From assembly GCA_043827405.1 (NCBI GenBank), contig JBDRPD010000045.1:1-13911 (forward strand): DNA of 13,911 nucleotides, given 5' to 3'. Both the position numbers and the translations under genes were made by a program. The stretch comes from Elusimicrobiota bacterium. Its GTDB lineage: Bacteria; Elusimicrobiota; Elusimicrobia; UBA1565. Each line of letters begins with the position of its first letter. Positions within the stretch are counted from its first letter, which is position 1. The notes beneath the pieces are model-generated. The model ran no database searches. It saw nothing but the letters and a program-made list of their open reading frames with translations, and was not told the DNA's origin. Positions 6,234-13,911 of this stretch are shown piece after piece.

Positions 6234-9200
6234 ATGGGCAGGAAGCATGCGGTCGTTGTATTGGTATTTTCCCTGCTGGGCGGGCTATCGCTTCCCGCCG
6301 ACGCCGGCCTGCGCGTCACGCCCTTTTCCGGCGCCCTGCGTCTCGAGCGCGTCGATGTCGAGTTCGAGGGCAGCCGCGTTCCGCTCGACCTAATCCGCTA
6401 CTACCAGGGAAACACGCTGCTGCGGACGCCTTTCGGCCGCGGTTGGCGCCACAGCTTCCAGTACGGAATCCTGGTGCGGGAAGCGGAGAAGGAGCTGGTC
6501 CTGTTTCAGCCCAACGGAGCCAGGACCGTGTTCATGAAGGCGGAGGGCGGCCGCTACGATGCCGTTCCGGCCGGCGGAACGGCTTATGTCCGCGGCGAGC
6601 GGGTGAAGGTGGTGCTGCGCGGCGGGCTAACCTTGCTCTTTGCCGAAAGCGGGAAGCTGGTCGAGATGATCAACGTCTACGGCCAGTCCGTCAAGCTGAC
6701 CTATAGCGGACGGCGCCTGCAGGAGGTTCACGGGCCGTTCGGCCAATGGCTGCGCTTCGCCTACGGCCCCGGCGGCTTGATAGCGGAAGTTGAAAGCTCG
6801 TCGGGACATATCATCGCCTACGTCTATCTGGACGGCCAGCTGGCCGGAGTGATGGAAGGCGGCGAAACGCTTGAGCGTTATGAGAGTGAAATGTCGGGCG
6901 CTATCAGCCGTGCCGTCTACCGGAGCTACCGGGACCTGCAATGGCAGATTTCCTACGACAAGGAAGGCCGGGTGACGCGCTTGGTCCAGCCCCAGGGTTA
7001 TGTCGAGCGCTATGCCTACGAGTCCGGCGGACGGAAGGCTTTCGTCACGATCAGCCCGACCGGGGGACGCACGGTACGGACTTTCAGCGCCGACAAGTCG
7101 CGGCTGACGGAAGAAGGACCTGGCGGCGGTAAAAAAACAGTCGACTTCGATACGCAATCCGGACAGCCGCTGAAGATGCGGGCGGCGGACGGCGGCGAGA
7201 CCGAATATTTCTATGACAAGCAGGGGCGTCTCAAGGAGGTGCGGGACCCGCTGGGACGCAGAATGCGCTTGGCCTACAGCAAAGACAGCTACCGGCTCGT
7301 CAAAGTGAGCGATGGGCGCGGGGGCAGCGTAAAGTTTACCTACGACAAGTTCGGGAATTGGACCCATATGGCCGACAGCGTGCGGGGTACGGCTGAACGC
7401 CGCTTCGACGCGCAGGGCCGGACGGTGTACGAGAAGGATTTCGACGGCAGAGAGCGCCGGCAGACGTTTACGCAAGGCTGGGTACCGGACACCATGGTGG
7501 ATTTTTCCGGGAAAAGAATTCATTTTGTGTTCGGCCCGCAGGGACAGATCACGCACTATGCCATCGACAACAGCGAGCCGGTGGAGGTCTCCGAGGTGCA
7601 TGATCTTCTGGATTTGCAGGCGGCTGTTCGGGATTTGGTAGATCTCAACACCGCGGGCGAGCCCGTAATCCTGGCCGACGGCAAGAGCGCCTTTATGGTC
7701 GATCCGGCCGGGCATGTCGTGCTGCGGCGCTTTCCCAGCGGCAGCGAACGCCGCTATACCTACGACCATAACGGCCATGTCGTGCGCGTCGAGCAGGACG
7801 GCGCGGTTTTCGCGCAGAGCGAATATAATGCCGCGGGACAGCTGGCAAAATACGTCTATCCCGACGGCGCCGCGGCGCGCTTCACCTATGACGCGGGCGG
7901 GAGGCTGGCGGCCGCCGTCTATCCCGGAGACGCAGCGGAGAGCTACGAATACGACAAGAGAGACCGGCTGATAAAGGCCGTCGCCAGCGGGATTACGCGC
8001 GAGTACGCCTACCGCGATGACGGCATGCGCATTTCCGAGAAAAGCTCGTTTGAAAACGCTGCAAAAGCCGGCGGCAGCGCAGCCTATGTCTACGGCAAGG
8101 ACGGCCGGCTCGCCGCCGTTACGGCGCACGGGATCAAGACCGCATACGCCTGGGATGCGAAGAGCGGGGCGCTCCAGTCGTTGACGGACAAGGAGCTCGG
8201 CGCCTTCCGCTACGAATATTCCTCCGCGGGCTTCTTGGAGCGCGTCACCTATCCCAACGGCACCGATACCCGATACGAGCTGCTTGCCGGCCGGCGGCTG
8301 AAGATGACGGTGAGCGGCGGGAAGAAAACGCTGCTGGAGATCATCGCGCACTACGATGAAGAGGCCCGGATTATCGATCGTGAGCGCGACGGCGTCAAAG
8401 GGCTGATCCGCTACGAGACGGACGGCCAGCTCGGCTTCGCTTCCAACGGCGCGCATAGCTGGCGCTATCGCTACGATGCCTGGGGCAACCGCGTCCATGA
8501 GCAGGCGAACTCCGAGAAAACGGCTTCCCGTTACGCCGCCGACGGACGGCTGCTGAATCGGGGCGATACGCGCTACGGCTGGGACGCGCGGGGCAACCTG
8601 GAGTCGCGCCAGGATGCGCAGGGCCGGAGTGATTTCTCTTTCGACCGCCGCGACCGGCTGGTCCGGATGCGCGGCGCGGACGGCAGGGAGACGCGCTACG
8701 CCTATTACCATAACGGCCTGCTGGCGGCGCGCTCCGGCGGCGGCGAGGATACCTATTTCCACTATGCCGGGCTCAATCCTGCGGCGGAGCTCGCCGGCGA
8801 TGGGCGGGTCCTGCGCCGCTATCTTTGCTCGCCGGACTTCGACGATGTGCTCGCGTATGCGGAAGGCGAGAAGAAGTATTACGTGCATCGCGACGAGCGC
8901 GGCAATGTCGCGCTGATCACCGATGAGCAGGGCGGCGTCGCGGCGCGTCTGCGCTACGGACCCTTTGGCAGCGTGATCGAGAAGACCGGGTCGCTTGAGC
9001 CGCCGCTGATGTTCGCGGGGCTGCGCAAGGAAGGCCCCTTTTATTATGCGCGTATGCGGTTTTACGATCCGGAAGCGGGCCGCTTTATCAGCCGCGATCC
9101 GGTGCACGGCAGCCTGTTCGATCCGCTCAGCACCAACCCCTACCTCTACGTGCGCAACGATCCGTTCAACCGCCTCGACCCTCTCGGCACTAAAGGATTC

Positions 9201-10793
9201 TTTCGGTCGATGTGGAGCAGCCTGACGAAGAAAGGCGCCGAAGAAGGAAGCACCACCATCGCCCGAATCGGCGGCGGGATAATGAAGGAAAAGCTCAAGG
9301 GCGTCGGCTCCAAGGGCGCCGGAAAAATCGCGCAAGGCGATAGCGCCGGCACGATATGGAACAGCGTTACCTCAACGGTCGGCGGCTATTGGGATACGGC
9401 GGTAAAGACGGTTACCGGCAAGGAGTCTGTTTTTACCTACGCCAACTTCAACTCGATGGCCGATGACTTGGTAACCGCGGTGACCACGGTCGGCCAGATC
9501 GCCTCTTCCAAGATCAGCGGCGACGGAATCAACAAGACCGTAGGCGCCAACGAGGGTTTCAAGAAGGTCAGCGAAAAGGCGACGGGCGCGTACAAGATCG
9601 CGAAAGGCCTCGGCGAGATGATCGGCGGCATTATGGACGGGATCAGCGGCAAGATCGGACCCGGTGAGATGGTATTCGGCACGATCTCCAAGGGGCTGGG
9701 TACCTTGGTGGATACTGTGGACGCGGCCGGCGGCGGCAAGCTGGGAGACGTGGCCGACATGTTTAAAGGCGCGGTGCTCGATACCATCACCGAAGCGGGC
9801 AAGAGCCTGGACGAGTCGATCGCGGCGTTTGACGAGGAATCCGACCGTCACGATGCAACGGCCAAGGGAGCCAACGAGAGCTTGATCGGCAGGGAAGTCA
9901 ACGAGATCGACAAAATCCTGTCGGGCGATAAAAAGCCGACCTTGGACGAACTGCATGAAATCTCGGACAAGCTCAGCGCGCTCGAGGATTGGCAGTTCAA
10001 GGTGGGAACCGGCGAGCGGGTCGAGAAGATCATCGACAAGCTCAAGAAGGATATCGACGATAAGAAGAAGGAGATTTTGGGGCAAGGCCGCAAGGTGGCT
10101 TTCGTCGATGAGGACGCCGCCCGGGTGCGCGCCGCCAAGCGCGGCCTGGAGGATGAGAAGGCGCGCAGCGAGGCCGCGGCCGACCGCCGCATCGCGGAGC
10201 AGGCCGAGCGTGAAGAGAGCGCCGCCTGGGAGCGAATGAAAGCCCGGCAGGAGGCCTGGCAGAGCCTGGCGGAAGGGATGCAGGGCGTCGCCACCGGCCT
10301 GCAGGCCGCCCGCGCCGGCTCGCAGGGCGGCGGCGGTACGCGTACCCCCGCCAGCGGTTCGGGCTACAGTTCGGGCGGAAGCCGGCAGCCAAGCTCGGCG
10401 CAAACAGGTTCGCAAGGGCAGGGGAAGTGCTGGGGCAGCACAGGGTTGAGCAAAGCCCAGTTGGCCGCGGGCTGCAAGAAGCTGAATAACGGCGTCGACC
10501 GGGAGGCTTTTCGCCAGCCGGCGACCGCCTACGGCGTGGGTCTGCATTGTCCGCGTGAGGCCAGCCCGATCGAGGTGAGCCAAGGAAAGAAAGGTCCCTT
10601 CTACCGCAAGGACGAGGCGCAGGTGATGGACCGAGCGATGACTCCCATGCGGGGGATGCCGGGAGCGACGGCGCGCGTAAAGATCAAAGACAAGGACTAC
10701 TACACCTCGCCGGACAGCGCGCATTTGTTCCGCAGCTGCGAGGTCGTGATGATAAAGAAGCTTTTCACCATCCCCGGCGGCAATTACAAGTAA
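6234..10793 (+). CDS. RHS/YD-repeat protein with signal peptide, DUF6531-like domain, RHS-associated core and long C-terminal extension
   Basis: AAGGAGG SD; signal peptide MGRKHAVVVLVFSLLGGLSLPADA; DUF6531-like segment (VTPFSGALRLERVDVEF...PLDLIRYY...PFGRGWRHSF); many YDxxGRL repeats; core YYARMRFYDPEAGRFISRDP...NPYLYVRNDPFNRLDPLG ending at 9188. Confidence 0.95.
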   Translation: MGRKHAVVVLVFSLLGGLSLPADAGLRVTPFSGALRLERVDVEFEGSRVPLDLIRYYQGNTLLRTPFGRGWRHSFQYGILVREAEKELVLFQPNGARTVFMKAEGGRYDAVPAGGTAYVRGERVKVVLRGGLTLLFAESGKLVEMINVYGQSVKLTYSGRRLQEVHGPFGQWLRFAYGPGGLIAEVESSSGHIIAYVYLDGQLAGVMEGGETLERYESEMSGAISRAVYRSYRDLQWQISYDKEGRVTRLVQPQGYVERYAYESGGRKAFVTISPTGGRTVRTFSADKSRLTEEGPGGGKKTVDFDTQSGQPLKMRAADGGETEYFYDKQGRLKEVRDPLGRRMRLAYSKDSYRLVKVSDGRGGSVKFTYDKFGNWTHMADSVRGTAERRFDAQGRTVYEKDFDGRERRQTFTQGWVPDTMVDFSGKRIHFVFGPQGQITHYAIDNSEPVEVSEVHDLLDLQAAVRDLVDLNTAGEPVILADGKSAFMVDPAGHVVLRRFPSGSERRYTYDHNGHVVRVEQDGAVFAQSEYNAAGQLAKYVYPDGAAARFTYDAGGRLAAAVYPGDAAESYEYDKRDRLIKAVASGITREYAYRDDGMRISEKSSFENAAKAGGSAAYVYGKDGRLAAVTAHGIKTAYAWDAKSGALQSLTDKELGAFRYEYSSAGFLERVTYPNGTDTRYELLAGRRLKMTVSGGKKTLLEIIAHYDEEARIIDRERDGVKGLIRYETDGQLGFASNGAHSWRYRYDAWGNRVHEQANSEKTASRYAADGRLLNRGDTRYGWDARGNLESRQDAQGRSDFSFDRRDRLVRMRGADGRETRYAYYHNGLLAARSGGGEDTYFHYAGLNPAAELAGDGRVLRRYLCSPDFDDVLAYAEGEKKYYVHRDERGNVALITDEQGGVAARLRYGPFGSVIEKTGSLEPPLMFAGLRKEGPFYYARMRFYDPEAGRFISRDPVHGSLFDPLSTNPYLYVRNDPFNRLDPLGTKGFFRSMWSSLTKKGAEEGSTTIARIGGGIMKEKLKGVGSKGAGKIAQGDSAGTIWNSVTSTVGGYWDTAVKTVTGKESVFTYANFNSMADDLVTAVTTVGQIASSKISGDGINKTVGANEGFKKVSEKATGAYKIAKGLGEMIGGIMDGISGKIGPGEMVFGTISKGLGTLVDTVDAAGGGKLGDVADMFKGAVLDTITEAGKSLDESIAAFDEESDRHDATAKGANESLIGREVNEIDKILSGDKKPTLDELHEISDKLSALEDWQFKVGTGERVEKIIDKLKKDIDDKKKEILGQGRKVAFVDEDAARVRAAKRGLEDEKARSEAAADRRIAEQAEREESAAWERMKARQEAWQSLAEGMQGVATGLQAARAGSQGGGGTRTPASGSGYSSGGSRQPSSAQTGSQGQGKCWGSTGLSKAQLAAGCKKLNNGVDREAFRQPATAYGVGLHCPREASPIEVSQGKKGPFYRKDEAQVMDRAMTPMRGMPGATARVKIKDKDYYTSPDSAHLFRSCEVVMIKKLFTIPGGNYK

Positions 10794-10810
10794 TTAGGTA
10801 AAATGGCGGC

Positions 10811-11491
10811 ATGCTGATCAAATCTATCCCTCCGTTGACGGCGCTGCTGTGCGCCGCGCTGCTCACGGCCTGCGCCGGCGCCCGGCACGTCAAGCCCGCG
10901 AGCGAAAAGCGTCGGCCGACTTTGCGCTATACTCCCAAGCGCGCCGACGTGTCCGAGGTCAAGTATCCGCTGACCGTCGGCGTCGCCGATATCGGTGACC
11001 GGCGTCAGGCCAAATTCTACGGCGGCAATGACGGCTTCTTTCGTGAGCCGCTGATTAAGGGAATCGCGGATGTCCTTTATAATGAGCTGAAATCGGGCGG
11101 GGTCTTCGCCAAAGTGAAGCGCATCCCCGTTCTCCCCCCGCGCAAGCTCACCCGCATGGAACGCGCGAAGCTGGCGTCCGAGCACGGCGTCGATCTGCTG
11201 CTGATAACGGATCTGACCCGCTTCAACCTGCGGCGCGAGAAGGCGGGCGACTGGATCGCGGATTCCTTCGCCAATATTATCGAGATTGCCTGGATCATTC
11301 GGCTTATTCATCTTGATTCCGGGACCGTTATCTGGGCCGATCAGCAGGATCGCACCAGCAAGCAGATCGCCGCCAACGGCGCCTTGAGCCCGTCCATGAT
11401 GGGAAGCCTCACCAACAAGACCATGCGTGAGATGACGGCCGATATGAATATGCTGATCTACCGTACCGGCAAAAGGATGGCGCAACCATGA
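10811..11491 (+). CDS. Lipoprotein, probable CsgG/LpoB/TolB-N-like fold
   Basis: Lipobox LTAC. Motif pattern VGVADIGD...LYNELKSGGVFAKV...LASEHGVDLLLITDLTRF...IRLIHLDSGTVIWAD resembles that superfamily. The fold call is by eye. Confidence 0.75.
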   Translation: MLIKSIPPLTALLCAALLTACAGARHVKPASEKRRPTLRYTPKRADVSEVKYPLTVGVADIGDRRQAKFYGGNDGFFREPLIKGIADVLYNELKSGGVFAKVKRIPVLPPRKLTRMERAKLASEHGVDLLLITDLTRFNLRREKAGDWIADSFANIIEIAWIIRLIHLDSGTVIWADQQDRTSKQIAANGALSPSMMGSLTNKTMREMTADMNMLIYRTGKRMAQP

Positions 11492-12120
11492 GTTCTCGAG
11501 CGATTCCGCTGCTGGCGGCCGTGCTGATCCTGAGCTCCTGCGCGGCCGGGGTGGCGCGGCGCCAGCATGACGCGCTCAAGCAGGTCATCCCTTTCCAGGA
11601 GGCGACGATGTCTCCCAAGCCGGTTGAGAAGGACGGGCTCTCCGCCGCCGCCGAGATTCCCGCCAAGAGCGAGCAGAAGTCGCTGTTTTCGCGCAAGATC
11701 ACCAGTGAAGGCTTTGTGCCGGTGCTGATAACGGTTACCAACGACTCCGATCAGCGCTATGTGATCCGCAGCGGCCAGGCGCGGCTGCTCCTGCCCGACG
11801 ACCAGACGGCGGCGGCTGTCGGCATCGACCCGATCGACAAAAAGATCGGCTTCTCCTATGCGCGCGGGACCTGCTGCCCCCCCCAGCCGCGCTATATCAA
11901 CATCAAGGCCGATCAAATGGAGACCATGCGCAATATCCTCCATCTGCGCGCGCTGCCGAGCTTTGTGCTTGAGCCGCGGCAGTCCAAACGCGGCTTCATC
12001 TTCTTCGCCAATAAGGACATGAAGGCCGCCGGCAAGGAGCCTCGCGTACTGCTGCCGATAGAGGCGCTCGATAAGCTCGACCATACCGACCTTGAGGTCC
12101 CGATCACCGAGAACGACTGA
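11488..12120 (+). CDS. Hypothetical lipoprotein, possible Ig-like beta-sandwich
   Basis: Lipobox LSSC; ATGA overlap with the upstream gene. PVLITVTNDSD...LEPRQSKRGFIFF pattern resembles DUF4352-like Ig folds. Confidence 0.75.
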   Translation: MSSRAIPLLAAVLILSSCAAGVARRQHDALKQVIPFQEATMSPKPVEKDGLSAAAEIPAKSEQKSLFSRKITSEGFVPVLITVTNDSDQRYVIRSGQARLLLPDDQTAAAVGIDPIDKKIGFSYARGTCCPPQPRYINIKADQMETMRNILHLRALPSFVLEPRQSKRGFIFFANKDMKAAGKEPRVLLPIEALDKLDHTDLEVPITEND

Positions 12121-12130
12121 GCGAGTGCGA

Positions 12131-13261
12131 ATGACCATGCGTAGGGCGATCGCGGCGGCGGCACTGTCGCTGCTGTATATTCCCGGCGCTTCGGCGCACG
12201 ACCTCGACCGCAGCAACGCCATCCTCGCTTTCGCGCCCAGCCGGCTGGAAGCGGTATATACCTTCTCGCTGGGCGAGGTCGCCGCCGCCTGCGGCCTGGA
12301 CGCCGATGCCGACGGGGTCGTTACCACCGACGAAGTCGCGGGCTCAATCGGGGCGATTTACGACTGCGTCGAGCCGTACTTCGGTCTGGCGCTGGATTTT
12401 CAGCGGCTGCCTCTCGAGCGTACCAAGTCCGCTTTCGACGACCGCGAGCTTATGGAGATGATGCCGTCGGGCCGCTTCGCGCTCGACTCGCTGAGCCACC
12501 CCGCGGTGGTCCTGACCTACCGGGCGGAGCTCGCCGGCATGCCCGCCGAGCTGACGCTGACAGCGCGCTTCCATGAGCTGTTTCGCCCGACCCACGCCCA
12601 TATCGTTCATGTGCAGACGCCGGCCGGCGGCCAGACCGCGGCCTTTACGCCGGAGGCCGCGCGGCGGCGCTTTGACCTGGGCGGGACCGCCTCCATGTGG
12701 GGCCAGTTCTGGACCTTTACGGTGCTCGGCGTGGAGCATATTTTCACCGGCTTCGATCATATCCTGTTTCTAATCGCCCTGATCCTGCTGGGCGGCAGGT
12801 TTTGGCCGCTGGTGCGGATCGTCTCCGCCTTTACCGCCGCGCACAGCATCTCCTTGATCGCCGCGGCGCTCGAACTGGTCCTGCTGCCGGGCCGCCTGGT
12901 CGAATGCGGCATCGCCCTGAGCATCATCTATGTGGCGGCGGAGAACTTCTTCGTCAAGAAAGCCGATCACCGCTGGATCCTCACCTTCTGCTTCGGCCTG
13001 ATCCATGGTTTCGCCTTCGCCGCCGTGCTGGCCGATATCGGCCTGCCGAAGAAAGGCCTGATCTCGTCGCTGCTGGCGTTTAATGCGGGCATCGAGGTCG
13101 GCCAAATCGCTATCCTGGCGCTGATCCTTCCCGGCATCTACTGGGCGTCGCGCCGTTCCTGGTACCGGCGGGCGATGTACGCGGCGTCCACCGTGGTGCT
13201 GCTGTTCGGCCTGGGCTGGTTCGTCGAGCGCCTCGGCGGAATCCGGTTTATGCCGTTCTAG
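12131..13261 (+). CDS. HupE/UreJ-family membrane protein (long form with an N-terminal extracytoplasmic domain)
   Basis: Signal peptide ending ASA|HD; motifs LGVEHIFTGFDHILFL, SAFTAAHSISL, VECGIALSI, FGLIHGFAFA, FNAGIEVGQ. Start is ATG 12131 or 12137. Confidence 0.93.
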   Translation: MTMRRAIAAAALSLLYIPGASAHDLDRSNAILAFAPSRLEAVYTFSLGEVAAACGLDADADGVVTTDEVAGSIGAIYDCVEPYFGLALDFQRLPLERTKSAFDDRELMEMMPSGRFALDSLSHPAVVLTYRAELAGMPAELTLTARFHELFRPTHAHIVHVQTPAGGQTAAFTPEAARRRFDLGGTASMWGQFWTFTVLGVEHIFTGFDHILFLIALILLGGRFWPLVRIVSAFTAAHSISLIAAALELVLLPGRLVECGIALSIIYVAAENFFVKKADHRWILTFCFGLIHGFAFAAVLADIGLPKKGLISSLLAFNAGIEVGQIAILALILPGIYWASRRSWYRRAMYAASTVVLLFGLGWFVERLGGIRFMPF

Positions 13262-13584
13262 GGCGTCGCCTGCACGATGACGCCGTCGATGCTGCGGATG
13301 TCGAGGTAGGCGATCAGTTCCTGGTTGTCGCGGAACGGATAGCGCATGGCGATCATCTCATCGCTCTTGCCAACGATGACGCCCTTGAAGGTCAGATGCC
13401 CCACGATGAGCGTGACCTCAAGCTTCAGGGCGATCGCCTTCTCAATTACCTGCTTGGCGCCGACATTCGCCGACGACAGCATATTGTGCGGGTCGGACGT
13501 TTGCGTTACGGCGCTCGTGGAGAGCTGGTAGGCGCCCAGCATCAGCGCGGCGGCCAATAGTACGGCGGCGTGGCGTGGCTTCAT
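13258..13584 (-). CDS. Small exported or membrane-anchored hypothetical protein (108 aa)
   Basis: AGGAGG SD before ATG 13584, so the start is shortened relative to the ORF track. Signal-like N-terminus MKPRHAAVLLAAALMLGA; beta-rich C-terminal domain. Confidence 0.8.
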   Translation of the reverse strand: MKPRHAAVLLAAALMLGAYQLSTSAVTQTSDPHNMLSSANVGAKQVIEKAIALKLEVTLIVGHLTFKGVIVGKSDEMIAMRYPFRDNQELIAYLDIRSIDGVIVQATP

Positions 13585-13708
13585 TCTTCCTCCTGGGTAT
13601 ATCCCCGGGGATTTAACAAAGTTTGCGCCGCCGGGAAAATGCAGGTGCTCCAAGGCAACCTGGCGATCCTTACCTGCGGCGAAGTTTCGGTCGACTGCCG
13701 CTAGGCGG

Positions 13709-13911
13709 CTAGGTGCGCTGGGGCGGCGTCCACTCCTTGCGGAGCTTGCGCACCAGGTAGGAGACGGCGGACTCGACGGCCATGGCGGAGTTGATTCCTT
13801 CGCCGGTGGTCGAGCCGATCCAGATGATCTCGCCGGTCTCGACGTCGACGAGCTTGGCGACGACGCCGACCTGGGCGTCGATGATGAATATCTGGGGGAT
13901 TTCCCGGTCCT
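13709..13911 (-). CDS. C-terminal fragment of a CsgG/HfaB-like protein (runs off the window edge)
   Basis: Manual translation: DREIPQIFIIDAQVGVVAKLVDVETGEIIWIGSTTGEGINSAMAVESAVSYLVRKLRKEWTPPQRT*. KLVDVETGEIIW is typical of the CsgG/LpoB/TolB-N superfamily. Confidence 0.75.
   Translation of the reverse strand, partial: DREIPQIFIIDAQVGVVAKLVDVETGEIIWIGSTTGEGINSAMAVESAVSYLVRKLRKEWTPPQRT

Noticed and set aside
6627..10724. 902-aa and 450-aa minus-strand ORFs
   Set aside because: Antisense shadows of the RHS gene, with no recognisable domains.
6234..10793. T6SS effector or orphan rhs-tip array
   Set aside because: No PAAR, VgrG or chaperone, a signal peptide is present, and no second DPxG core fragment was seen downstream.
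10784..12327. Minus-strand ORFs of 233 and 289 aa
   Set aside because: The plus-strand ORFs have lipoboxes and operon coupling; these are shadows.
13641..13709. GCAGGT...ACCTGC inverted repeat and GCCGC-TAG-GCGGC hairpin as a riboswitch or terminator
   Set aside because: Short stems in GC-rich DNA, no U-tract and no recognisable riboswitch consensus; an Infernal/Rfam scan would settle it.
1..13911. CRISPR array, tRNA/rRNA, IS element or integrase
   Set aside because: Almost all bases are accounted for by CDSs; no spaced repeats or recombinase/transposase motifs were seen.

Overview
GC-rich bacterial DNA from a diderm organism; Elusimicrobiota-like is only an impression and is unverified. 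The window has two gene blocks either side of a 49-bp AT-rich spacer. The minus-strand block encodes an HMG-CoA-lyase-family enzyme (catalytic-loop Cys replaced by Gln), ExbB/TolQ, ExbD/TolR, TonB/TolA, and a 54-aa protein with four CxxC pairs in FYVE-like spacing that the ORF track missed. The plus-strand block encodes a 67-aa hypothetical protein, an OPT-family transporter, a 2-TM helical protein, a 1519-aa RHS/YD-repeat protein (Sec signal peptide, intact autoproteolysis core, unusually long 534-aa C-terminal part), two lipoproteins (one CsgG/LpoB-like) and a HupE/UreJ-family protein. The left edge holds a partial Gly-rich protein with a C-terminal membrane anchor. The right edge holds a small exported, possibly Sm-fold protein and a partial CsgG-like gene. 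No RNA genes, CRISPR arrays or mobile elements were seen. The best candidate for a novel system is the Sec-exported RHS protein with its two lipoproteins.
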